A DNA stretch of 64,000 nt from Oscillospiraceae bacterium (lineage in GTDB: Bacteria; Bacillota; Clostridia; Oscillospirales; Acutalibacteraceae). Of this stretch, positions 50,353-57,905 are shown piece by piece. How positions within the stretch are numbered: position 1 is the first letter of the stretch; every line of letters starts with the position of its first letter. Made by a program: the position numbers and the translations under genes. The stretch covers positions 10,218 through 74,217 of the forward strand of contig SVOL01000006.1 of NCBI GenBank assembly GCA_015066395.1, in the 5' to 3' direction. The notes beneath the pieces were generated by a model. That model saw only the letters and a program-made list of their open reading frames with translations, was not told where the DNA came from and searched no databases.

Positions 50353-50807
50353 TTCTTTCTCCAGATATCGGTATCAAGCAAAATTGTGACGGGTCCTGTG
50401 AGGGTAGCGTTTATAGTCATATCTGCACCGAACTCACCGGTTTTAGCATCGTTGACGCCGTTTTGCTTTAAACACTCAACAAAGTGCATATAAAGTCGAT
50501 CTGCGCCTTTAGGCTCCATAGCACCGATAAACGACGGTCTGTTGCCCTTTTTAGTATCCGCACAGAGAGTGAAGTTCGAAACCGTCAGCACACTGCCTTT
50601 TACATCTAAAACAGACAGATTCATCTTATCGTTTTCATCACAGAAGATCCTAAGATTAGAGACCTTGGCGGCCATAAGCTCGGCTTCGGCTTCGGTATCT
50701 GAGTCAGCAACACCCAACAGCACGAGCAGTCCGTTTTTACCGTCGCCGACCGTTTTACCGTCGACAACTACCTCGGCAAAATCCATTCTTTGAATAACAG
50801 CCTTCAT
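50349..50807 (-). CDS. dtd: D-aminoacyl-tRNA deacylase
   Basis: MKAVIQR... SNFTL...GNRPSF motif. Confidence 0.9.
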   Translation of the reverse strand: MKAVIQRMDFAEVVVDGKTVGDGKNGLLVLLGVADSDTEAEAELMAAKVSNLRIFCDENDKMNLSVLDVKGSVLTVSNFTLCADTKKGNRPSFIGAMEPKGADRLYMHFVECLKQNGVNDAKTGEFGADMTINATLTGPVTILLDTDIWRKK

Positions 50808-50815
50808 AAACACAC

Positions 50816-53014
50816 CTACTGATTAGTTCTCACAACGCTGAAAACGCCCTGCAACTTCTTGATCCTCACAATAACATTATCAAGATGCTCTCGGCTTTCA
50901 ACGCTTATAGTAATATTTATCGCGCAGTTTCCATCCTTCAATTCACGGGCATTGATGGCATGGACCGCAACGTGCAGGTTGCCGAGCAGGATCGAAAGAT
51001 CTGCAACGATACCGTCGCGGTTGACGGACATAATATTGATCGTCGAATCAAACCGCTCGGAACGGACAACATTCCAATATGCCGGAATCCAACGCTCAGG
51101 CTCCGCGGCATCTTCCATATTTTGCGGAACATTGTTACAGTCTTTTTTATGAATGGAAACACCGTGACCGCGAGTGATGAATCCTATGATATCGTCACCC
51201 GGTATTGGTGCACAGCAACGCGAAAGCTTGATAAGACAGTTGTCGATACCTTCGACAACAACGCCCTCGGAAGATTTTGTTACCTTCTTCTGTGTGACGA
51301 GATCATCGATCTCAACCGGCTTAGAGGATTTTACGATCTTTGCGTAATCCTCTTTGGCTCTCGGCATTATCTTAGAAAGCAGGATACCGCCGTAGCCTAT
51401 CGCCGCATAGAATTCATCAACGCTGTTGCATTTAAAGCGTGTGGCAATATCGGCAATAAATTTACTCATTTCCTCATCATCAAGACGGATATTATTGCGG
51501 GCAAATTCACGTTCAATATCGTTTCGGCCGGTTTCTATGTTTTCAGCCTTACGCTCGCGCTTAAACCAAGAGCGGATCTTTTGCTTTGCCTGGTTGGTTT
51601 TGACGATATTCAGCCAATCGCGGCTCGGTCCGTGACCGGCTTGATTAGAGGTTATGACCTCGATCAGCTCACCAGTCTTGACCTCGTGGGTCAGCGGCAC
51701 TATTCTGCCATCGACCTTGGCACCGACCATCTTAGTACCAATAGCCGAATGAATTGCAAAAGCAAAGTCAATTACAGTAGACCCGACGGGCAGATTAATG
51801 ACATCGCCTTTAGGCGTCAAGGCATAGACATCCTCTTGAGAAATGTCGGTCTTGATAGACTGAATGATCTCTTCGGCGTCATCGGTATCACGCTGGTTAT
51901 CGAGTATCTGACGTATCCACGAAAGACGCTCGTCAAATGCGTTATCCTTGCGTTTTATTCCGTCCTTGTACTTCCAGTGCGCCGCAATACCGAACTCGGC
52001 TGTACGGTGCATTTCCTCGGTTCTTATCTGAATCTCAAACGGAATGCCCTCTCTGCCTACAACGGTCGTATGCAACGACTGATAAAGGTTGGGTTTGGGC
52101 ATCGAGATATAGTCCTTAAAACGACCGGGAATAGGTCTGAACATATCGTGAACAACACCCAAAATATTGTAGCAATTAACCACCGTATCGGTAATGACAC
52201 GAACGGCGTAAATGTCGTAGATCTCCTCAAACGACTTGCCCTGCATATACATCTTGCGGTAGATGCCGTGGATCGATTTAACGCGGCCTTCAATACGAAT
52301 ATTCGGAACAAACTCCTCAACACGTTCCTTGATACGCGTTTGGATCTCCTCCAAAAACTTCTCGCGGTAGTTCTTTCTGATACTGAGTGAGTTTTCTATC
52401 TCGTGATATGCCACGGGATCAAGGTGCATAATCGCCAAATCTTCAAGCTCTTCTTTTAAGGCTCTGATACCAAGTCTATGAGCAATAGGAGCAAATATCT
52501 CGACGGTTTCATACGACTTGTCTCTCTGCTTGTGCAGCGGCATAGCGTCAATAGTGCGCATATTGTGAAGTCGGTCAGCAAGCTTGATGATGATGACGCG
52601 GATATCGTGCGACATCGCGATGAACATCTTGCGGATATTTTCCGCCTGCAGACTTTCCTTAGATGCCAGCGGAATTTTACCGAGCTTTGTAACGCCGTCA
52701 ACAAGTTCAGCAACGCTCTTGCCAAACTCGTTTTCAATATCCTCAAAAGTAGCCTCTGTATCCTCAACAACATCGTGAAGGAATGAAGCCGCTATCGACT
52801 CGCTGTCCATACCGAGACCTATTACGATTTTGGCAACGGCCAACGGATGCATAAAATACGGTTCACCCGAAACTCTTTTTTGACCGTTATGCGACTCGAC
52901 GCATTTTCTGAATGCGCGTTCAATAAGATCGCGGTCATAAGAGTCACTGCACGGCTGAGAATCCAAAAGATCCATAACGGAATTCAAGTATCTCTCAGTC
53001 TCCAACAACTTCAC
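50816..53014 (-). CDS. relA: bifunctional (p)ppGpp synthetase/hydrolase RelA/SpoT
   Basis: HD domain (HDVVED), synthetase, TGS and ACT regions. The exact start is uncertain (GTG 53014 or TTG 53008). Confidence 0.95.
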   Translation of the reverse strand: MKLLETERYLNSVMDLLDSQPCSDSYDRDLIERAFRKCVESHNGQKRVSGEPYFMHPLAVAKIVIGLGMDSESIAASFLHDVVEDTEATFEDIENEFGKSVAELVDGVTKLGKIPLASKESLQAENIRKMFIAMSHDIRVIIIKLADRLHNMRTIDAMPLHKQRDKSYETVEIFAPIAHRLGIRALKEELEDLAIMHLDPVAYHEIENSLSIRKNYREKFLEEIQTRIKERVEEFVPNIRIEGRVKSIHGIYRKMYMQGKSFEEIYDIYAVRVITDTVVNCYNILGVVHDMFRPIPGRFKDYISMPKPNLYQSLHTTVVGREGIPFEIQIRTEEMHRTAEFGIAAHWKYKDGIKRKDNAFDERLSWIRQILDNQRDTDDAEEIIQSIKTDISQEDVYALTPKGDVINLPVGSTVIDFAFAIHSAIGTKMVGAKVDGRIVPLTHEVKTGELIEVITSNQAGHGPSRDWLNIVKTNQAKQKIRSWFKRERKAENIETGRNDIEREFARNNIRLDDEEMSKFIADIATRFKCNSVDEFYAAIGYGGILLSKIMPRAKEDYAKIVKSSKPVEIDDLVTQKKVTKSSEGVVVEGIDNCLIKLSRCCAPIPGDDIIGFITRGHGVSIHKKDCNNVPQNMEDAAEPERWIPAYWNVVRSERFDSTINIMSVNRDGIVADLSILLGNLHVAVHAINARELKDGNCAINITISVESREHLDNVIVRIKKLQGVFSVVRTNQ

Positions 53015-55028
53015 CCTCCCTCATAAGTTTTAGTTTTTTTAATATCGGCGCACTTTCCAAGTCTGCCTTGCCACTGAAATTCGCCAGCATATAAAAGCCG
53101 TCAACCAAAGTGACTATCCCCAATTCAATCAAAGCAGTCAATGCGATCTCGATCTTCGCAAGAGAAAGCTTACCGAAAAGGTCGACCTCAATGTGCTCAC
53201 GTCTGGCAGTTTTCCTAGACCGGATATAACGGAACACTAAAACGATATCATCCCTTATAGGGGTTATTTTTGCAATATCCTCTGCGGTCAGTACGTCCGC
53301 TTTAAGATCCTCCAGCTGTTGCAGTTCAGCAACCAGTGTCTCGTCGTCCAATCCCGAATAACGCATTGATTTAATGATTATCGAGACACACTCAACATTA
53401 TTATATACGTTTATGTCGATATTTACTGCCAAATCGACTGTATCGCCCACACGGTATATAAAATTTTCGACCGTCATACCAAAAAGCAACGCCTGGTAAT
53501 CATAACCCTCTTTGCGAAGGCGAAGCCTTAAATGCTTTCCGCCTGCCAGAGGTTGAATACCTGTGATCTCTGAACCCATAACCGCAAACAGCGGCACTGA
53601 ATTACCCGCGCCATACGGTTCCATAGCACGTAACGCCTTAGCGGCATCGACCGAGAAAGCACGAGGTTTTATTTTGCAATCGGGTCGCACCTCAGCAAAG
53701 GTCATTGGCTGAGATTTTGCATAATTGTTTAAACTGTTTCTCAAAAGCGGTATTTTCTCTTCTAAGATGGTAAGACCTGCGGCCAACTCGTGACCGCCGA
53801 ACTTTTCCATACAGTCGGCCGAGCTCTGCAAAGCATTGAACAGCGAAAAATCGCCGATGCTTCTGCCTGAACCTACCGCCTTGTCACCGCATTTTGAAAT
53901 AACGATACACGGCTTACCGTACTTTTCAGTTAGTTTTGAGGCAGCAATTCCGATAACACCAACGTGCCAATTAAATCCGTCGACAACAATAACACGATGA
54001 TGGTTATATCCCTTTTGCTCGATGGTGTTGCAGGCTTCCAAAAAGATATCCTGCTCAATTCTTTGACGCTCGGCATTAAGTCGGTCAAGACAGCCTGCGT
54101 AATAGACCGCATCCTCCATCGACTCTGACAACAAAAGCTTTACAGCTATATCAGCATTAGCCATTCGGCCTGCGGCATTTATCCTCGGACAAAGCGAAAA
54201 AGCCGCGTTGCCCGATGTCAAATACTTTACGTTGGCGACTTCCATCAACGCTTTTACACCAACATTCAAGCGACGGTTAAGCATCTGGATACCGACATCA
54301 ACGATAATACGGTTTTCTTCTCTTAACGGCACTATATCGGCTATTGTACCAATAGCAACTAAGTCGGCATATTCATATAACATTTCTTCGCACGGTCTGC
54401 CTTCCAAAGCACACACAAGCTTAAAGGCCGCACCTGCACCGCAAAGATCGTGAAATATCCAGTCACAATCCTCATCCAAATGAGGGTCAACCACCGCATA
54501 AGCCTCAGGCAATTCGCCAAGACTTAAATGGTGGTCGGTAACAACAACATCAATGCCGAGTTCCGATGCGTGAGCAATTTCTTTTACGGCATTTATACCG
54601 TTATCGACGGTGATAATAAGCGTGACACCGCTATCAGCAGCACGGTCGATAGCACCGATAGATATACCGTAACCGTCCTTTTCGCGGTCAGGGATGGTGT
54701 AATCCACATCCGCACCGCGGTATCTTAAATATTTCATCAAAACCGCAGTAGCGGTAACACCGTCGCAGTCGTAGTCGCCGAAGATCAGAATTTTCTCGTT
54801 AGATTCAAGTGCTATGTTAATACGTTCAACAGCCTCGGTCATTCCGCTTAAGTCAAAGGGATCGGAAAACTCGGGCTCTTTGCCTAAAAATTGCTCTATC
54901 TCATACGGTTCATAAAGACCGCGCGAAAAAGCGATGAGCACCACAATCGGATCAAGGTCGCATTCTTCAGCCACAGCCGATACAGCTTCCTTGTCAATAT
55001 CGGGAAAAACCCACTTCTTATAATTCAC
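52995..55028 (-). CDS. recJ: single-stranded-DNA-specific exonuclease RecJ
   Basis: DHH motifs (GDYDCDGV, VVTDHH) and DHHA1. Start set at GTG 55028 (AAGGAAGGTGAG RBS). Confidence 0.9.
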   Translation of the reverse strand: MNYKKWVFPDIDKEAVSAVAEECDLDPIVVLIAFSRGLYEPYEIEQFLGKEPEFSDPFDLSGMTEAVERINIALESNEKILIFGDYDCDGVTATAVLMKYLRYRGADVDYTIPDREKDGYGISIGAIDRAADSGVTLIITVDNGINAVKEIAHASELGIDVVVTDHHLSLGELPEAYAVVDPHLDEDCDWIFHDLCGAGAAFKLVCALEGRPCEEMLYEYADLVAIGTIADIVPLREENRIIVDVGIQMLNRRLNVGVKALMEVANVKYLTSGNAAFSLCPRINAAGRMANADIAVKLLLSESMEDAVYYAGCLDRLNAERQRIEQDIFLEACNTIEQKGYNHHRVIVVDGFNWHVGVIGIAASKLTEKYGKPCIVISKCGDKAVGSGRSIGDFSLFNALQSSADCMEKFGGHELAAGLTILEEKIPLLRNSLNNYAKSQPMTFAEVRPDCKIKPRAFSVDAAKALRAMEPYGAGNSVPLFAVMGSEITGIQPLAGGKHLRLRLRKEGYDYQALLFGMTVENFIYRVGDTVDLAVNIDINVYNNVECVSIIIKSMRYSGLDDETLVAELQQLEDLKADVLTAEDIAKITPIRDDIVLVFRYIRSRKTARREHIEVDLFGKLSLAKIEIALTALIELGIVTLVDGFYMLANFSGKADLESAPILKKLKLMREGEVVGD

Positions 55029-55162
55029 GGCACTCACCTTCCTTTCAAAAATGCACATACTATTCCAAAATATAAAATATATGTAATTTTAACACTTTTC
55101 TTAGATTTTTTCAATATCTTTTGCAAATAATATTGCGGTACTTTTATAATTTGGAGACAAAA

Positions 55163-55561
55163 ATGGCTGAACATTTTAAATATTATTTGATTTTATTTCT
55201 TTTCGGCTTTTACGGCTATGGGTTTTTAGAGGTTTTGTGGCGCGGATTTACCCATCCGACAATGAGTGTGGCAGGCGGAATTGCCATAATTTTTATCGAT
55301 TATATAAGCACAAACCTCAAAGAACTTCACATCCTCTATCGTGCCATTATCTGCGGAGCATTCATAACCGCAATCGAATATATTATCGGCTATGTTATGA
55401 ACATAAAACTCGGAGCCGAGATATGGGACTACTCGCTGATGCCTTTAAATCTCTCGGGTCAGGTCTGCTTTTCATTCTCAGTGCTCTGGTGTGCCATCTC
55501 CGTGCCGATAATGCTTATTTTCGGTCGAAAAAAGCGACAGAAAACACCTTACCTAAACTAA
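55163..55561 (+). CDS. small polytopic membrane protein (putative ABC-transporter type IV / PF06541-like)
   Basis: MAEHFKYYLILFLFGFYGYGFLEVLWRG... pattern. 132 aa. Confidence 0.5.
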   Translation: MAEHFKYYLILFLFGFYGYGFLEVLWRGFTHPTMSVAGGIAIIFIDYISTNLKELHILYRAIICGAFITAIEYIIGYVMNIKLGAEIWDYSLMPLNLSGQVCFSFSVLWCAISVPIMLIFGRKKRQKTPYLN

Positions 55562-55634
55562 AAGTTTAGTGCAACTTCTTGACCGCGCGCCGTTGATGTG
55601 ATATACTTGTTGGTTGTAAAGGAGGTGTGCATAA

Positions 55635-56096
55635 ATGTCCGAAAATCTTAAAACTATCGCCACAAACAAAAAAGCATTTCACGACTATTTTGTCGAGGAA
55701 AGCTTTGAGTGCGGTATCGAGCTTTGCGGAACTGAGGTCAAATCCATCCGTCTGGGCGGAGTCAACCTCAAGGACTCGTGGTGCGACATCGACAAGGGTG
55801 AGGTTTTTGTTCGCGGTATGCACATCAGTCCTTATGAAAAAGGCAATATCTTCAACCGCCAGCCGACAAGAGAGCGAAAACTGCTTTTGCACAAAAAAGA
55901 GATAAACCGACTGATCGGCGTTATCAAGCAGCAGGGCCTGACCCTTATCCCTTTATCGCTTTATTTCAAAGGTTCTCTTGTTAAGGTTCAGCTCGGTGTT
56001 TGCCGCGGTAAAAAGCTTTACGACAAACGCGCTGATATGGCAAAGCGGAGTGCTGAACGAACCATTGAGCGTGAAATGAAGGAAAGGAACAGATAA
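55635..56096 (+). CDS. smpB: SsrA-binding protein
   Basis: [12 protein letters not shown]...GTEVKS...LLLHKKEI motifs. Confidence 0.95.
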   Translation: MSENLKTIATNKKAFHDYFVEESFECGIELCGTEVKSIRLGGVNLKDSWCDIDKGEVFVRGMHISPYEKGNIFNRQPTRERKLLLHKKEINRLIGVIKQQGLTLIPLSLYFKGSLVKVQLGVCRGKKLYDKRADMAKRSAERTIEREMKERNR

Positions 56097-56097
56097 T

Positions 56098-56925
56098 ATG
56101 CGTTACGAAGTTATACATCTTAAAGAGTTTTATCCCGTTCTCGACCGCAACGGTGCCGACCCAACATTGGAAATGATGATCCAGGACGACATTCTGCCCG
56201 ATAAGCCGAGACCGTCTATGATCGTTTGCCCGGGCGGCGGTTATCATATGATCTCCAACGGCGAAGCACAGAACGTCGGATTTGAGTATATGACTATGGG
56301 TTGCAATGCCTTTGTTATTCGTTATTCCATCAAGCCGCATCAGTTTCCTCAGCAGTTGATCGAACTCGCCTGTGCCGTTGATTACGTTGTCACTAATGCT
56401 AAGAGCTGGAACGGTGACCCTGAGAAGACCTGCCTTATCGGCTTCTCAGCCGGCGGACATTTGGCAGCAAGCTACTGCACCTTGAGGAACTGCGACGAAG
56501 TAAAGGCGTTTATCCCTGAAACAAAGCCCGTTCAGGCGGCCATTCTCTGCTACCCCGTTATTACTGCCGAATTGCCCACTCATTTGGGTTCGTTCCAGGT
56601 ACTTTCGGGCAAAGAGGAATGGGATGAGGACGATACCGAGAGACTGTCGTGCAACCGCCACGTTGACCCGTCAATTACTCCGCCGACCTTCATTTGGACC
56701 ACGGCCGATGACTTCGTGGTTGATGCAAGCAACACCTTGAAATACGCAACAGAGCTCCAGAAAGCTAAGATTCCGTTTGAGTTACATATATTCCCCACAG
56801 GATATCACGGACTTACCACCTGCCGTTACAGCACGGTCAATAACACCCGTCATCCTATGTGTGAATATATGAATTGCTGGACCGATATGACCAAGAAGTG
56901 GCTTAGAACCATTTTCAATATTTAA
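56098..56925 (+). CDS. alpha/beta hydrolase (esterase/lipase-like)
   Basis: GFSAGGH nucleophile elbow. 275 aa. Starts 1 nt after the smpB stop. Confidence 0.75.
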   Translation: MRYEVIHLKEFYPVLDRNGADPTLEMMIQDDILPDKPRPSMIVCPGGGYHMISNGEAQNVGFEYMTMGCNAFVIRYSIKPHQFPQQLIELACAVDYVVTNAKSWNGDPEKTCLIGFSAGGHLAASYCTLRNCDEVKAFIPETKPVQAAILCYPVITAELPTHLGSFQVLSGKEEWDEDDTERLSCNRHVDPSITPPTFIWTTADDFVVDASNTLKYATELQKAKIPFELHIFPTGYHGLTTCRYSTVNNTRHPMCEYMNCWTDMTKKWLRTIFNI

Positions 56926-56956
56926 ACCTGTAACCGCCGTTATTGGCGGTATATAT

Positions 56957-57302
56957 GGGGATGTAAAGGTTTCGACAGGGATTTTGAACTGCGATAAGCA
57001 TGCAGCGTTACGGTTACGCTTTGAAGACCGAAATTTTAAAAATAACTGACAAAAATACAGTTGCTTTTGCAGCTTAATTAAGCTGCCGTTCTGCCGCTGA
57101 GTACCGCGGCGGCGGTTAGAGCGTCATTTTGCGGTGAACGTGAGCAGATGAGTTTCTCGGCTCTGCCACGGCGAGAGGATACCAAGCGCTAAAGCCTTTT
57201 TGTCGGCGTTAGTGTAAGGGAATCTCAAATGACAAAATAAGCATGTAGAAAGTTGCAGGAATGAATTTTTGGACGCGGGTTCGATTCCCGCCATCTCCAC
57301 CA
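56957..57302 (+). ncRNA. ssrA: tmRNA
   Basis: 5' GGGGATGTAAAGGTTTCGAC and 3' GGACGCGGGTTCGATTCCCGCCATCTCCACCA tRNA-like ends. Tag frame ...GAC AAA AAT ACA GTT GCT TTT GCA GCT TAA (…DKNTVAFAA). Confidence 0.95.
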
Positions 57303-57337
57303 AAATCGACAGGGTTCTTCTGAGCCTTGTCGATTTT
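57302..57337. terminator. terminator after tmRNA
   Basis: AAAATCGACAGGG ttcttctgag CCTTGTCGATTTT. Confidence 0.7.
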
Positions 57338-57429
57338 ACTTTTTACCTCTTCACTCTTCACTTTTAACTATTTTCTGCTTGTCGACCTTCGGCAAGGAAT
57401 ATTCTCGCGTTTCCTGCATAGAATTACTA

Positions 57430-57458
57430 TTGACAGATAATGCTTTTTGTAGTATATT
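57430..57458 (+). promoter_or_regulatory. consensus sigma-A promoter (TTGACA-17-TATATT)
   Basis: -35 at 57430-57435 and -10 at 57453-57458. Confidence 0.6.
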
Positions 57459-57464
57459 TGTCAT

Positions 57465-57540
57465 GAAGAGACTACCATTTGTCTCGGAGACCTCCGTCGT
57501 GCTCGGAGCAGTTTCCGAACTTTGTGTGGTCTCTTTTTCA
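57465..57540 (+). ncRNA. candidate small RNA 1 (about 75 nt)
   Basis: Starts about 7 nt after the -10. GAGAC/GTCTC elements occur four times, allowing alternative pairings. Terminator-like GGAGACC...GGTCTC followed by TTTTT (57534-57538). Confidence 0.4.
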
Positions 57541-57693
57541 TTTATAATCACAACATCATGTAAGACCACCCTTTATGCTCCTTTGGCTTGTTTTTTCTAT
57601 TTCATTTTGAGCAATGCTTTCGATAGAATTAACAAACAGACTACGATTAGAAACCGAATCGGTATCACAATCAGAGAATTTTTAATGTTTTAC

Positions 57694-57722
57694 TTGACAT
57701 CCTCGGATGATTTAGGCATAAT
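57694..57722 (+). promoter_or_regulatory. consensus sigma-A promoter (TTGACA-17-CATAAT)
   Basis: -35 at 57694-57699 and -10 at 57717-57722. Confidence 0.55.
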
Positions 57723-57728
57723 ATGTGT

Positions 57729-57800
57729 AGAAGGGTTAACGTTGATATCACTCTGGTATTGTACCTGAGTAATGCCTTGCGTTGACCCTTCGTTTTATTA
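57729..57800 (+). ncRNA. candidate small RNA 2 (about 70 nt)
   Basis: 12-bp closing stem GAAGGGTTAACG (57730-57741) / CGTTGACCCTTC (57780-57791) followed by GTTTTATT. It encloses ATATCAC (57745-57751) plus a hairpin CTCTGGTA ttg TACCTGAG. Confidence 0.45.
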
Positions 57801-57806
57801 TAAATT

Positions 57807-57864
57807 ATTTCATATTTTGTCGTAAAGCAAAGTATTTCACTATAAGCGAAAGTTCAAACTTATA
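57807..57864. repeat. heptamer-hairpin array C (ATTTCAT-hairpin-ATTTCAC-hairpin)
   Basis: ATTTCAT at 57807-57813, hairpin ATTTTG/CAAAGT at 57814-57833, ATTTCAC at 57834-57840, hairpin TATAAG/CTTATA at 57841-57864. Confidence 0.7.
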
Positions 57865-57868
57865 CAAC

Positions 57869-57897
57869 AAAAAAGCAGAGCATACGCTCTGCTTTTT
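57869..57897. terminator. bidirectional terminator (nuclease gene 3' end)
   Basis: AAAAAGCAGAGC atac GCTCTGCTTTTT. Same stem as the terminator at 60325-60356. Confidence 0.8.
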
Positions 57898-57905
57898 ATT
57901 TATTA

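Noticed and set aside
50885-52390. 501-aa plus-strand ORF
   Set aside because: It is entirely antisense to relA, which has unambiguous HD, synthetase and TGS motifs. It has no RBS and an odd composition.
57351-57569. 72-codon minus-strand ORF with an AAAGGAG RBS and GTG start
   Set aside because: It is kept only as a possibility. I found no upstream promoter. The composition is S/T/E-rich and low-complexity, and it overlaps a consensus plus-strand promoter and a structured RNA candidate.
57379-57768. 129-aa plus-strand ORF, including a leaderless MKRLPFVSE... version
   Set aside because: It has no SD and hydrophobic, Cys-rich, random-looking composition. It spans two promoter-plus-terminator-like units that are better explained as small RNAs.
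57303-57905. Integrated mobile element at the tmRNA 3' end
   Set aside because: There is no integrase or recombinase gene and no duplication of the tmRNA 3' end downstream. The 600-bp spacer holds only promoters, hairpins and heptamer units.
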